From Felis catus (lineage: Eukaryota), in NCBI RefSeq assembly GCF_018350175.1, contig NC_058383.1, positions 13,146,001 through 13,210,000 of the forward strand: DNA of 64,000 nt. The letters run 5' to 3'. The translations under genes and the position numbers were made by a program. Within the stretch, counting starts at the first letter, position 1, and each line of letters starts with the position of its first letter. This document shows positions 38,737-51,739 of the stretch, piece after piece. The notes beneath the pieces were generated by a model that saw only the letters and a list, made by a program, of their open reading frames with translations, was not told the DNA's origin and did no database searches.

Positions 38737-39739
38737 TAAAAATACATATATTATAACACTCCTGATTATCTTACTTTCACTTTCTAAAGGTGAGGGACGG
38801 ATGATTATCTTTTTTAAGGCCTGATTCAGAATAACATGGTAATAGATTTTTCCTGGCAGAGTAATAAGTCAAATAAAACTTGGGACACTGACCTTTGAGG
38901 AAAGCAAAGTTTTAAAGAGCACAAAAATGGTAGGTAGGGTGCAGATAGGAATCACAGAGCCAACTGCTTCAGGCTGCATGAAAACTTAGCTTGTGATGGT
39001 TCTTGCCATGATCTGCATCACACTTCAGAGCTTGGTTGGAGGAAAAGTGAGAGTTTTATTAATAGAACTTTCACCAGCACTTCTTCGCTTTACATGGTTA
39101 CAGTTTAAGGAGTCGGGAATTGAAGGAATCTGGTGTCAGACTAAAATACTGACTGAATATTTAATTCTGAGTCTCAGCCAAGTGTTAATACATATAACTG
39201 TTTCATTGATTTGTTTAAATTACATTACTGCTGTTTCTAGTGATCATTAAAACGATAATGCCTAAACACTCTTGTCTTCAGACTCATACTTTTTATGCAG
39301 ATAGTTCCTAAGTTATTTCCTTTATCTTAAAAAGCATGTTACATATTTCTCACCAGTAATTGAGAGTGTTGGATCTCCCCCAAGCAGAAACATTTTAAGC
39401 CTGGTTAAAATATTTAGCCTCTGAGAATTTTAAGGTGTCTGCAAAGGTTGTCTTTTTCATCAGCTCACTGTATTCATTTGGTCGTCTAAGTGCAAAGGTG
39501 TAAACCATCAACTTTGGCACTCAAAGCTTCATTATCGTTACTTCTCTGAGTTGTGCTTGGTCCTTAAGTCTGTTTGAGGTACTCAACAGTAATTTCTTGT
39601 CCACAACTTGTGTGGTCTCAGGTTTTAAGACAAACTGAGGTTGTTACTGCCAAGTCCTAACCGCTCTAGTATTTGTAGTGATTAAATGCTAGTGGTTAGA
39701 GGTTTAGGGAAGATTTAAGAACAGCTGGTTCCAAAAATC

Positions 39740-39755
39740 TGTGTGTGTGTGTGTG

Positions 39756-39792
<37 letters not shown>
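39740..39792. repeat. (TG)n microsatellite with one interruption
   Basis: Seen directly, followed by further purine-pyrimidine alternation to about 39817. Confidence 0.95.
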
Positions 39793-39794
<2 letters not shown>

Positions 39795-40116
39795 ACGTAC
39801 ATACGCGCGCATATACATTGGGGCAATAAGAGGGTATGTTTTGATGAAGTGTTTTTCTTTGTTCAAGGAGTTCTTTGGAGAACCTAAAACATTTTTAGTG
39901 GCATTATAGTATGTACTGTCTGCATTCTGGTTAATCATTGGAGCCTTAGCAATTCGGGTAAAAGATAGTCTGTCATTTAGTGGTGTGTTGACTTGTGCAC
40001 AGACAGTTCTCTGTGTTTTGAGCTGGCTCCCCAGGCACACTTTCCTGCAGTCTTCCACTAGGCAGACATATGAGAATAAAAAATAAATACCATATGTGAA
40101 TTAGTTTCAGAGGTAG

Positions 40117-40118
<2 letters not shown>

Positions 40119-40163
<45 letters not shown>

Positions 40164-40175
40164 TGTCTGTCTGTC
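40119..40175. repeat. Compound (GT)n(CTGT)n microsatellite
   Basis: Seen directly. Confidence 0.95.
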
Positions 40176-42319
40176 TTCTGCTTGTGGGAGGTGTTTAAAC
40201 TCTGCAGAAATTGATGAGAAAAGATGCATTGTCCAGTAGTCCTTATAGCATCCACTGGCCTTTTTTCCCCCATGGTGCAGTGGGGCATCCATTACTTTGT
40301 AGAGGCTGACTGCTAAAACTGTTCCCAGAATTCAGGACTTCTGAACCACAATGGGCTGTACCAGGCTTTGTGGCCTTAATAAGCCCCGTGTTATTGGCAT
40401 TTCAAATATTGGTATACCTATCAAGCCTGGCCTTGTGTGTGGTAGGAGGGTGGGGTGGGGGGTTCTTCAGAGCCACCACTGATGGATCCCATGCTTTTTC
40501 TCAAGAGAGCAAACAAGCACTTTTTGTTTAGGCTCAGTAATGCTTGGCAAAGAAATATAGCTGTAATTATATATCCTCGTTCTTGTTCTTTTCTTCCCAT
40601 CTAAGTTTTACTCCCTCCACCCCCAACTTTATATAAAAGCAGCTAGCATTGGATCTGAAATAAATGTCATGAATGAATAATAATTTCTTTCATTTACACA
40701 GTAATTAAACCTGTTGAATGCTGACTTAATGCTTTACTGCACTCTAATTTGACTGGAAGATTTGGCCTTTGTGAATTCAAAGAAGAGGAAAAAAATAGAA
40801 ATTAAATACCTACTGAGACTATTAAGGAGGACGTTTTTGAGTAGGGTTCTTCCTCCTCCTGTTTCTCATCTCCTTGTGTTTGCCCTTTGCTTTCTGGGAT
40901 ACTTAATACTTAGGAGTTGTTGTACAGATCAGCCTTTGGCTTGTGTGCCCAGCACTGCCCCATGAGCAAGGCCCCCAGGGACAAGGCCATTGGCTGCCGC
41001 CGCAGGTACAAGGCCAAGGGCCTGTTGTGCTGCTGCCATCAGAATTGCTGCTTCTGGTGTTCTTTCTGATGGTTTTTAATATTCCTTTCCTTCTTAACCC
41101 GTAGAATTCCAGTGGATGGGTCAGTCGGTTTGTATGACCCTGATTGACACCCCAAAATATATCTGACACTCGAGAGATGTGTTCCAGCCAGGAGCATTGT
41201 AAGAATCTGTATTTCTCTTCTGAAATTTTCTGCCTGTGTGCAGTCTGAGTCACTCAAGCTGTCTTTCCCAAAGTTTCCCTTTCTCTAAGGTGGGTCCTGT
41301 AATGCAAGCTGGCAGCCCACTTTGCCTTTCTTGAAATGAAAGTATTCTCCAATACAAGTCAGTTTTTTTCTTCTTTCACCATCAGGACTTACTGACCATG
41401 TTAATGAATAATTCATTCCTAGAACACCTTGCACAGGAGTCTCTAAGTCCCCTCAGTGATGGTTGTTGACCCTGCTGGGGCACTGCTGTTCATCCGTTGA
41501 GTAGAGGTTGTTGGGGCAATTTGTGTCACAGAAGGCAGTGCAGGTAGGGACTCTGGAATCCCCTTCATAAATCTAAAGCAAACACAGTGCGTGAGGCCTA
41601 CCAGGAGCCTTGGCTGTCTGCACCCTTGCTCTGTCAGAGGAGCTAGCGGTCAGGCCCCTTTGATTCTGTGAGAGAAAAGCCTGATTGTGTTCTGTGCAGA
41701 TGGGGTGTGTGCAGGTTGTGGGTAGCGAGAGCTCCCTGGCAGGGCTGCCGAGAGTATTGACTGAGATCATGGGTGTGGAAGGCCTGGCACATAGCCAGAG
41801 TCAATAAATATTAGTTCTTACCCTCATCTGGAGACCAAGAGAACAGAAGTGTTTAACTAAAGTATTTTTTTTGTTAAGGAATCTCCCACAAACACTCCCC
41901 TCCCCACTGCCCTGTGCCAATATTTACATGATTCATTTTCTTTGTCCTTCCCTCCTTCTTCCAGTCCATTTATCTCCTTTCTCTTTCTCTCTAAAATTAC
42001 AACAGACTTGTTCAGATAGTTTTCTTTATAGAAAGTTCTACAAACTTTAAAACTTCTAGTGTATATTGTCAATAAAAACTTCCCTAGTGTACTTGTTAAA
42101 ATACAATCAGAAGTATGAATGCCATAAAGATAAAAGCCTGTTTACTTACTTAACTATATGTTATATAGTTTGTGATTATGGATTCCTTTCAAATACACCC
42201 TAGATTCATACATATACTAATGTACCATAATACGTATTTTCTATTTTGCCATGGTTTGAGTACTTATGTATTAGGTACTGTGATAAATGCTTTAAATGCT
42301 TTGTTTATGTGCATTAGGT

Positions 42320-42610
42320 CAGTGTTTCCCCTAGTACTTGATTTTAAGAATCATGCAGGGGTGATTATGAAAAAAAATACCTATTACCTAACATACCCAG
42401 ATCTCTTAAATCTGAGTATTAGAATTTAAACCTTGAATTTGCAAATCTGGCTTCCTGATAATATAATCCAGAGCTGGAACACTTAAAACAATACTGAAGT
42501 TCAACTCCAGACCATATAAATCTGCATATTGGCAAGGTGGGCTTGGCATCATTTCTTTAAGTTCCTCTTTTGATTCTAAATGTGCAGCAAGGGTTGAGAT
42601 GATCTATCTA
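42320..42610. mobile_element. MER5-like hAT-Charlie remnants
   Basis: CAGTGTTTCCC start and GATTCTAAATGTGCAGCAAGGGTTGAGA end motif. Confidence 0.5.
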
Positions 42611-42654
42611 GGCGCTTCTTATTATCTGAAACTGAAAATATAAAATGAATTGGC

Positions 42655-42745
42655 TTAGTTCATTTAATCCTTACAATAACTTTGTGAGACACAGATGGCA
42701 TTATCCCTATTTTCAGATGAGAAATTAGAGGTTTGGAGAGGAGTG
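42655..42745 (-). mobile_element. MIR fragment
   Basis: CATTTAATCCTTACAATAAC...TATTTTCAGATGAGAAATTAGAGG. Confidence 0.65.
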
Positions 42746-43336
42746 GGATATTAATATCAAGAATGATTAACATCAAGATGCCATATAAGAATTGCATCTA
42801 ATTAACAGTATACATAGGACTACTGTCTGTTTGGGGATGCACTTACTTTTTGATTCGATGGCCACAGTCTATGTATGAAATGTTGGTTTTAACATGAGAT
42901 TAAATCAACCAACTCAGTATACCTTGGAACCAAGAATTTGGGTGCTAAGTTTTTTGAATACCGACACCTGCCGATGGTCATTATAAATTCATCTTGTTAA
43001 GCACAGTGGAAAAGAGGTGCTGACCTATATACTCGGTTGGATTTTGAGTGGAATGGAGGGCAGAAACAGTTTATTATTCTGCCATTTCTGGGGGTTTTGC
43101 CATGAAACACTTTGGTATTTAGTTTGTGAACACTGCCTTCTCAAGTGTGAATTCTTCTTGAATGTACCCTTGGGTGCTGTTGAGCCCCTTCTTGCCACCT
43201 CTTATTCTCAGAGGACTTTATTGCAGGTGCTCTTATTGTAGAGGAGTGGTTTGGATATTCTTTTTTCTTAGAAATGATGATGAAGTATATATAGAGTAAA
43301 TCTGCCTCAAACTATAAATATTAGCACATTCACATT

Positions 43337-43338
<2 letters not shown>

Positions 43339-43370
<32 letters not shown>
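43339..43370. repeat. (AC)n microsatellite
   Basis: Seen directly. Confidence 0.95.
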
Positions 43371-43373
<3 letters not shown>

Positions 43374-43584
43374 TCTTTTAATTCTAAGAGCTCCCTAGGG
43401 GGGAAGCCAGTGTCTAGCCTTCTAAATTGACCCATCTGTGTGGGAAAGCTGTCCTTTAAACTGAATCCAGAAGTTTGCCTTAGTTTTCATGTATTTGAGC
43501 AAGTTTCTTAAAGGTCCCTGGTTTTATGCACTTGAAATTGTTAATTTCATTCTTAGAATGGCTTGGAGAATCATGCTTGTGCAT

Positions 43585-43990
43585 GTGTTCATGTATTTGT
43601 TCAACAAGTATTTCCTTTCCTCTGTCAGGTGCTGTTTTAAGTATAGGGATGACAGTGTCCAAACCAAATAGACAAAAATATCTCCTCTCATGAAGCTTAA
43701 AATCTAATGGAGAATAGAGGGGAAAAACAAGCACATAAATCTTAAAGAATTTTGGAGGGTGAAATTTAGCAATAGGAAGTATGTAAAGAGGAAAACCTCT
43801 TTACCGTAGTTGAGGAATAGTGCTTTGCGTAGTGGTTGAGGAATGGTGGTTCGCGTAGACCTCCCAGAGATGACTTTTAAACACACAGTTGCTGAAGCCA
43901 AGGGGGTAAGCCTTGCAAGATACCGGGGGCGGAGGGCAGGGTCACATTTCAGGCAGAAGGCCCCTTCACTGCCATGCCTCTGGGATATGT
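43585..43990 (-). mobile_element. L2 fragment
   Basis: TTCAACAAGTATTT...GGGATGACAGTG...CTCATGAAGCTTA pattern of an L2 3' end. Confidence 0.6.
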
Positions 43991-44924
43991 GAGAGTCCTG
44001 AACTTGGTGGGACATGTCTACTGCCCGCCCATAGGCGTTTTGTCTGTGACGTGAGTTTACAGTGGCACATATCAGGAAAAAGGTGTGCCGAATTATAGTC
44101 TTTGATGAATTTGATTATATCATTAGCGCTTGAAGGAAAGGGGAGGGGACTCTGAAACTTTGTCAAAAAGAATTTATTTCTGAACCCCAAACAGAGAAAA
44201 TTTCAGGGCCCTGTCATTTTTCCATCATTGTGTTCTCACCCTGGTAGGTAGGTGTGTGGAAATAAAATGGATGATGTCGGAATCAGAAGATGTGGATTAT
44301 AGGTCCAATTCTGCCACAGTTACTTGTAGGACTTTAGGAAGAATGCTTCATTTGGTCATGCTACTGTTCCTGCTCTTGAAGGTGATTTCTTTTCCTACTC
44401 GTTAAATTCCTTGGTAGTAAAGACCAGATGAAAAAATATTAATATATTAAATTCTGAGGTACTGGGTGACTGTGGCTTATTTTTTTGCAATATTTCCCTC
44501 TAAAGCATACAGAGTGTTGGCTGGAAAAGAGTATTTAAACAAACCTTCCTCCATTCTTTCCAAATGTTTATTGAGAGCCTACCATATGCAAAGCCCAGTG
44601 GTAAACACTCAGTTCCTTTCCTGGAGTAAGTAAGACCTGTTTCTTGTAGGTCTCACTTGTATGCTGCCACTTAAAAACTTCACCAGTGATGGAAGAAAAA
44701 AGAACCTAATAAAAATAGTATTACAGTTTTTCACATGTTACATGGTTACCAAAAAAAATTAAACATGGCTCTATGTATTGAAAAGGACCTTGTGTAAGTG
44801 AGTGTTGGAAGATTTGCAGCTTGTGAATTACTATGAAGTAGTGGAAGAAGGCTTCGTGAAAGGGGTGGAAAGTTGGAACACCTGATGTGGATGGGGGCAG
44901 CTTATGATGCTTATGAGGTAGCTG

Positions 44925-45137
44925 GTGAAGGTTTGAGGTCTGTGCATGTGTGTTGTGTGCACTCCTGCACAGCTCAGTTCAACTGGGTGCAGTTTTCTGA
45001 ATCCACCTAGTATTTCTTGCATGCAAAGTTATGCACAAGCAAATTCCAAATTCACGTTATGCTGAAATTGTGTCTATAGTCAATTGCACTGGAGTGAATT
45101 CAGGTTTTCAAAATAAGCTTGAGAGCAGAACTGTCTG
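44925..45137. mobile_element. Ancient TcMar-Tigger-like transposon end
   Basis: Ends GTTTTCAAAATAAGC...GCAGAACTGTCTG followed by TA. Recalled similarity only. Confidence 0.4.
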
Positions 45138-46329
45138 TACAAAGAAGTGTGATTCAGTCTGGTGCAATCAGGGAACTGTAAGTGAAATACAGTGGTGGAG
45201 TGTAACTTGGAAAGGGTAGAATCGAGGAGTTAGGAGAGGTAGACAATGGGGGAGGGGGGATCAGAAGGAGCTTTGTGTTCTGTGTCACTAGGCCCAGATT
45301 GTGCTGTAATCATGTATCTTTTACCTGTCCTCTATTGTAATATTTATATATTCTTGTAAAGAGCCAAGTCAATGCATTCGAGATAAAATATCAGTTGTGT
45401 ACAGTTGTACAAATTTAGTAACAAAACTGAAGGAGTAGAGTGGGACATCTAATCTTAGGGAGCATCAGAAAATACCTTAATGGTCTCTCATCTCAGAGTG
45501 GAATGTTTGCCTTCTTCAGCCAGAGGGATGGTGTGGGGATTGTTTGAAATGAAGACGCAAGAGACAGAGCTAATTCGATTTTGTGTTCTGCCTTCATCTT
45601 TTCATTTGAACAGAGAGACGTGTCTTTATATTATTCACTTAAATTACTGAACACAAACAGGAGCAAAATAATAGACACAGATGACTAAGCAAGGCCCATC
45701 TGCCCCATCTCCAACCTTTCTCTCCCTCCCCAGATTAGCAGGTGGCACCAGTTCTTGGCCAGTGTCTCTAGTTATCTTATTACAGGGGGTTGTTCATTTG
45801 CCCAACTCCTTTGAAACGACAACAAAAAATTTTGGTAATGACTGACTGTATGTCCATTGGCTAGAGCACCAATTCCTGAGGACCAGACAGAAGCTTGGCA
45901 TTTGACCAGACTTCTGTATTTGTGTTAGGATGGTCTGGCTGACAACAGAAAGCCGGGTTGATTTAAGCTTGTGTTTTTAGATACTGGCAAGCTTGTTCAC
46001 TGCTGGCTGGAAAAAGCTAGTCCTGACAAATCTCAAAAACTTACAAAAATAAATAAAAAAATAAAGCAGGGCTCTTGTAGATTTTGTCTGAGAGTGGTGA
46101 TTCCTACCAGTGGTGGATAATGTATCGCAGGGTGACACAGAATGCAGGAATCATTACTGTCAATTTTGCATTTGACCTATCTGTGAAGGAAAATGAGTTT
46201 CTGACTAGGCTGGGCTGTGAAATATGACAGATGAGATAGAAGTTTAAAGTGGAAGAGTAGGTTGGAAGGACACTTGCCTACTGCCAGAGAATGGACCCAA
46301 GTCCTCTAGTGCAAATCGTACATTACATT

Positions 46330-47034
46330 TGTAGTATCTTTGAGGCAATGTGTTTGGCTTAAGAAAAACAATATAAGTAAATTCTGTAACCTTGCACATG
46401 GGTCCTGGATGGTATTTCAGAACAAGTGATACAATAAGCAATGAGAAAAGAGTTACAGTGCTTATAGAGAGCCAACGTGAATTCACTAATTTCTTTTTTC
46501 AGCACAATTCTGGGACAGGAACTCAGAGGCATGTCATAGACCCAATTTATTAGACTTCAGCAAGATTTTTGGCCTTGTCTCTCATAATCATTTTGTGAAC
46601 AAGAAGAAAAATAATAGGTTAGGTGGTATTATGATCATCAAGAGTCGTAATTAATTTTATAGCTATTTCCAAGGTCACTGGCTAAGAAAATAGATTTCAT
46701 TCTGGTTTGAACTTTCTAGCATCATTGCAGAAATTTCTATCCTGGACTCTGTCTTACTCAAGTTTTGTGCCTGTCTGGGATGAAGATATGGTTTCAAATT
46801 ATGCACAAATAGGAAGGGTCACAAATAATGGAGCATGGGAGAAACAGTACACAACTAGATTTTGACTATCTGGACAGTGACCAAAGTAAGATTTACTAGG
46901 GCTAAAGGTGAACTTGTGTTCAAAAACCTAATGGAAAAATTGAGAGAGATGAAGCTTAGGATTTTTAGCTGACCCTAGCCAGTAGTATACACTTGGCTGG
47001 CAGTAAAACTACTGATATGTTTGAATTCCTTAAT
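46330..47034 (+). mobile_element. L3/CR1 LINE remnant (RT region)
   Basis: TTAGACTTCAGCAAGATTTTTGGCCTTGTCTCTCATAATC reads LDFSKIFGLVSHN, similar to the CR1 RT motif LDFSKAFDxVSH. Further degraded CR1-like text follows. Confidence 0.55.
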
Positions 47035-47049
47035 AAAAATATAGAATGA

Positions 47050-47269
47050 GGGGCGCCTGGGTGGCGCAGTCGGTTAAGCGTCCGACTTCAGCCAGGTCAC
47101 GATCTCGCGGTCCGGGAGTTCAAGCCCCGCGTCAGGCTCTGGGCTGATGGCTCGGAGCCTGGAGCCTGTTTCGGATTCTGTGTCTCCCTCTCTCTCTGCC
47201 CCTCCCCCGTTCATGCTCTGTCTCTCTCTGTCCCAAAAATAAATAAAAATGCTGAAAAAAAAATTAAAA
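47050..47269 (+). mobile_element. Very young SINEC_Fc
   Basis: CpGs largely intact, perfect TSD AAAAATATAGAATGAG at 47035-47050 and 47270-47285. Confidence 0.97.
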
Positions 47270-47488
47270 AAAAATATAGAATGAGCAGGTGACTACTTTG
47301 TGTGTGTTGGGTAAGAGGGGTTAGAAAAATTGAAGGTGACGTTTGCCCAGGGTCACGGGTCTTGGTAATGTTCACATTGTACCATTTTGGCTCATTTCTA
47401 AATCCCTCTTAATCTTTAAGTTCGGAAGATCCAAAAAGCTGTGAATCAATGGATTTAAAAGCTACTTTAAGAGAGTACAAGAGTAATG

Positions 47489-47709
47489 GGGGTGCCTGGG
47501 TGGCTCTCTTGGTTAAGAATCCAACTTCGGCTCAGGTCCTGATCTCGTGGTTCATGGGTTCGAGCCCCGCGTCAGGCTCTGTGCTGACAGCTCGGAACCT
47601 GGAGCCTGCTTCAGATTCTGTGTCTCCCTCTCTCTCTGCCCCTCCCCTGCTCACGCTCTGTCTCTTTCTGTCTCTCTCAAAAATAAATAAATGTTGAAAA
47701 AAATTTAAA
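47489..47709 (+). mobile_element. Can-SINE
   Basis: SINE body, TSD AAGAGAGTA..AGAGTAA at 47469-47486 and 47710-47727. Confidence 0.95.
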
Positions 47710-49349
47710 AAGAGAGTAAGAGAGTAAAACTGTACTCAAAGTAGGATCTTCTGATTATGATTTAAAGACATTTAATTTGTCATGTTAAAGTTTTTTTTTT
47801 TCTTTCTCTAATCAAGAAAAAGTCGTTAGAGGATGTGTGGAAAAACTTGGTAGTTACATGAAAGTTGGAGGAAATTGACAGAACAACTTTCAAGGAGTAA
47901 GCCATGAAGTTTGCATATTTTACCATATTATGAATTTTAAAGTTCGGTTCCATATGTATTTTTTGCTCACTCTGCGTTGAATACACCATAGCCACAGAGA
48001 CTCAGAACTTATAAATGGCCTGTTTCCTGTTCAGTAAAAGATAAAAAGTAATTTAGGAGGAACTTGAGAAAGTTTCAAGGTTAAGGAGTATCAACTTGAT
48101 TAGCAAGGCAGGCCAGGAAGGGTTTCTGATGGTCTTGTGTTTCCCTGGTGGGAAGAGCAAGGACAGACTAGGATGAAAAGCGTGTGTGAGGTTTTGGAGA
48201 CTTAGATGCATGATCTTTTAAAATTGGTTTTTGGAAACTGCTCATCATTACCCACTTAGAACATCTTTCTCGGATTTGAGCGTAAGTTCTTTATAGTTCT
48301 AAAATTCATGTGGTACTCGGAGATCATCATTCTAATTATTATTTTCATCATCGAAAACTGGGACCTAATGCTTATATACTTTGTAAAGTGTTTGGATTTA
48401 ATTTAGTTCACTAAGATTTTTGTACCCGTAACAGCCTTTCCATAGGTAGGTAATTCTCTGGGGGTAAGAATCATAGTATACTTTTCATTTCTGCAGGGCC
48501 CTGGCACACTGCCTGGCACATAGTAGGCACCTAATAAATATTTATGAATAAGCACAAAGTAGTCTAGGTATTAAGATTGAAGTCCTCATTGTGCATAGTG
48601 GAAAATTAAGTCTTTGATTGGTTATGTGACCTGGCATTTTGGAGCAGAGGGGGACCTCAGAAAGGAACACAAACAACTTTTTCATTTTACAAAGAAGAAA
48701 TTGAGGCCTGCTAGAAAGGTGCTTCCTGAAATTTAATCAGGGAGCTGATGTCTGAGCCTGGAAATTGGCACATTGTCTCTCACTCCGGATCCACCGCTTA
48801 CTCCCTTGCCTTCAGGATGATTTGGAGCAGGTAGCGTAGTGGGGTTGAAGCAGGGTCTTCAGAGTCTACGTGCATTTTTCTAGTCTGTTCTCAGGATCTA
48901 GCGCACATGCCTCTTTAGGGGTCTCCTCTCTTATTCACAGGTGAGCACCAGTCCACGTTTTTGCTTGTAGCATTAGGTGAAGATGATGTAAATACTGTTT
49001 AAACCATAGGCAGTCCAGTGTCCAGCACAGACACCCTTTCAGGAATAATTTTGCAGCCAGTCTGTTTATCCTAAGTGCTTTGGGGATGCCAACATTAGTG
49101 TGACCCCTGGCCAACTTCTGTTTTGTTTGTTTTCTGTTTCTGACTGCGTCTTTTCACTGAGGTTATTCACATAGTACTATTTTCTATGAATGTTTGGTAT
49201 CTTGTTTTGTTTACCCAACTAACTAAAGTCATATGGCTTTTTGTTTTCTACCAATAAGGTCAGTTTCACATGAAAATAGAGATTTGTTATATGGCTCTGC
49301 ATTAAAGCATGATGTTGAAATTGGGTATCAAACGGATTTTTCTCTTAGA

Positions 49350-49920
49350 TACTATATTGAATTCAGGATGCTTTCAACAGTATCAGAAAACCTGCTTAAA
49401 ACTTGCTTAACCAGGAAGAAAATTGACTGGCTCACATAATGGGGAGGTCCACAGGTGGGGAGGGCCTCAGGGTTGGTTGATAGAGGGACTTAATGGAGTG
49501 TCTCTCCACAGGTACCGGGTTTCTTTCTGTCTCATCTGTTTACATTCACCACATCCACGGCATCCATAAGCTGCTCATGAATGGCTACCAGTAGCAGTCA
49601 GGGTCACATGCTTGGCTCACGGCTGATTGCACACGGGCGGGAGCACAAGTGGGAAGATGGAGACACTGAGAGTAAGCAGACTTCTCTCCCAGAGAGGAAA
49701 AGTCTTCCCATCTGTCTCTCTGGACCAGTTTAGGGCAGAGGTATAAAAACCCTCACCTTGGATTGGCACATCCTGATTGGTGTAGGCCTGTGCCCCTGAG
49801 CAGTTGCTGGCAAGGGGGATGGGAGGACTTCACCAGTCCTGGGGCTGGAGTCTGTCCCTTAAGCAAGTGGTATGGTCCCTGCACGGTGGGGGAAGGGCGG
49901 CATGAATGTTGGGGAGTCAA
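49350..49920 (-). mobile_element. MLT1 (MaLR) solo LTR, old subfamily
   Basis: TCAGGATGCTTT...CAGAAAACC...GCTTAA...TGGCTCACATAA...GTCC pattern of MLT1J/K/L in reverse. Confidence 0.6.
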
Positions 49921-50464
49921 CCTCAGTTTCACTTGGCGTGAAAGGCCGTAGTTAGCTAACGTTTCCCGTCAACAGCAGTACAGGTGCTCTTTGTTACGGT
50001 CATTACCTCAGACTGACAATCTGAGAAAGGTACAACAAATGCATTAGTTATATATTCCTCTTTCCTAACCCTTATTTATGTTTATTTCCACTTCAGTAAG
50101 TCAGAGGGCATTTAGGGAGGAAATATTATGGAGGGATTGATCATTAAATAGTACCTTCAAGGGAACTTGGGATCTGGTGGGAAAGGCAGGAGAGAAACAA
50201 TTGCCAAATAAGACTCTTTGTCAAGCGTGCATTTCAGGGATGTTGACTTGTAGGAGCTCAAAGCTAGGTTTGTGGAGGGGACAGAGCCTCTCTGGTTTCA
50301 CACTCAGTGCCACTGGACTGGCTACTTTTCTTCCATACCCTGGGGTAAGTGAGTACAACTTAATGCAACATTATTTATAATTCGTGTAAATCATTTCAAG
50401 TGAAAAGGTTTCATCAAAGCGCTGAGCTAGTCAAGATTCATTCCTAATCCTTAAAGGAACTTTG

Positions 50465-50530
50465 GAGAGAGAGAGAAAGAGAGTCAGAGTGAGAGCAAGA
50501 GAGAGAGAGAAGGAGAGGTAGAAGTAAAGG

Positions 50531-50597
<67 letters not shown>

Positions 50598-50600
50598 TGT
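50465..50600. repeat. GA-rich tract plus (GA)n(GT)n compound microsatellite
   Basis: Seen directly. Confidence 0.95.
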
Positions 50601-51739
50601 GTCTGATAAGGAGAGTCCTGGGTGCTGTGTGTGTGTGTGGGGGCGGGGGGGGGGGGGGCGGGGGGATAAGGAGGGTCCTGGGTGCTAAGAAGGGTAATAC
50701 AAGGCAAGATGATATGAAAACCTAGAGGGACATATCTGAGTTGGATGCATGGGGAGTTATTGAGAAGAGGATGAATATTGTTTTAAAGTTGGGCCAATAG
50801 AATTTTGAAAGGTTAAATGAGGGTATTCCAAAAGTTGACAGTTTGTGTAAAGACCTTAGTATTGTACAATATGGAGTTTGAACATGGAGGGCCAGTTTGG
50901 CTGATGTATACGGCAGAAGGGGATGGTTGCAAGTGTATCTGTCAGTACTGGTTGGGGTCACAAAATGCCAAGCCCAGGATAAAATTTATATACATTTTGT
51001 TAGGCAATCGGGGAGCCATTTAAAAAAAAAGGAATTTGAGACTTTATTTAAATAATGCATTAAAACTATAGTTTACAGTTATTATACTTTAATGTAACTT
51101 GGGCGTGAATAAGTGTTGTTGATGTGCTTGGCCCCCACCCCACTGGTATTTCCTAGTAGCACATCTTATGATTCAGATGCCTGTTTCATAATTGATGTAC
51201 TTTGCTGCCTTTTGTATTTGAAAAGAGTGCTGTTACGAAGCAACAGAGTGGTATTAGGATATAAAAAGTAACAGAATATAGAGCAACCCTCCACACTTCT
51301 TGCCCCTTTGTGTACCTAAATGTAATTCTTAGGTTTATCTGCTTATGTTTTAAGAGGGAGGCAATGGCTATCATGTTCTATGAGGCAGTTAATTATTAAG
51401 GTTAGTGACATGAGAGTCTACGTACTTGGGAAGCAGACTAGCGTGCTGGGAAGAGTGGACCTGGTCCTGTCCATTTTTTTTCATTTTTTCCTGGTATTTA
51501 CTGGCTGTTTTGACCATATAAACCACTCACTTCTCTCATCCTGTTTTATTCTTTATAAAATGGTGACGATTATTCCCTGCCCACTAAACACAACATTTAT
51601 GAGGCTCAAAAAAGGGATTGTGTGTGGTGGCAATGTATAAATAATAAATATAGTGAACAACGGTACACATAGTGTTACATATAAATGTAAAGTGAATTCT
51701 CTTGTACCTCCATTTTCGTTTGTAATTTCGTATTGCTGT

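Noticed and set aside
45735..45750. CTCF-like TTAGCAGGTGGCAC
   Set aside because: Lacks the conserved 5' CC, so it cannot be supported from sequence alone.
47050..47130. tRNA-like A/B box sequence
   Set aside because: tRNA-derived SINE head followed by SINE body and tail, not a tRNA gene.
48920..48946. Second CAG|GTGAG recursive-site-like motif
   Set aside because: Appears to lie in a degraded MIR-like repeat with no supporting context, so it is plausibly chance.
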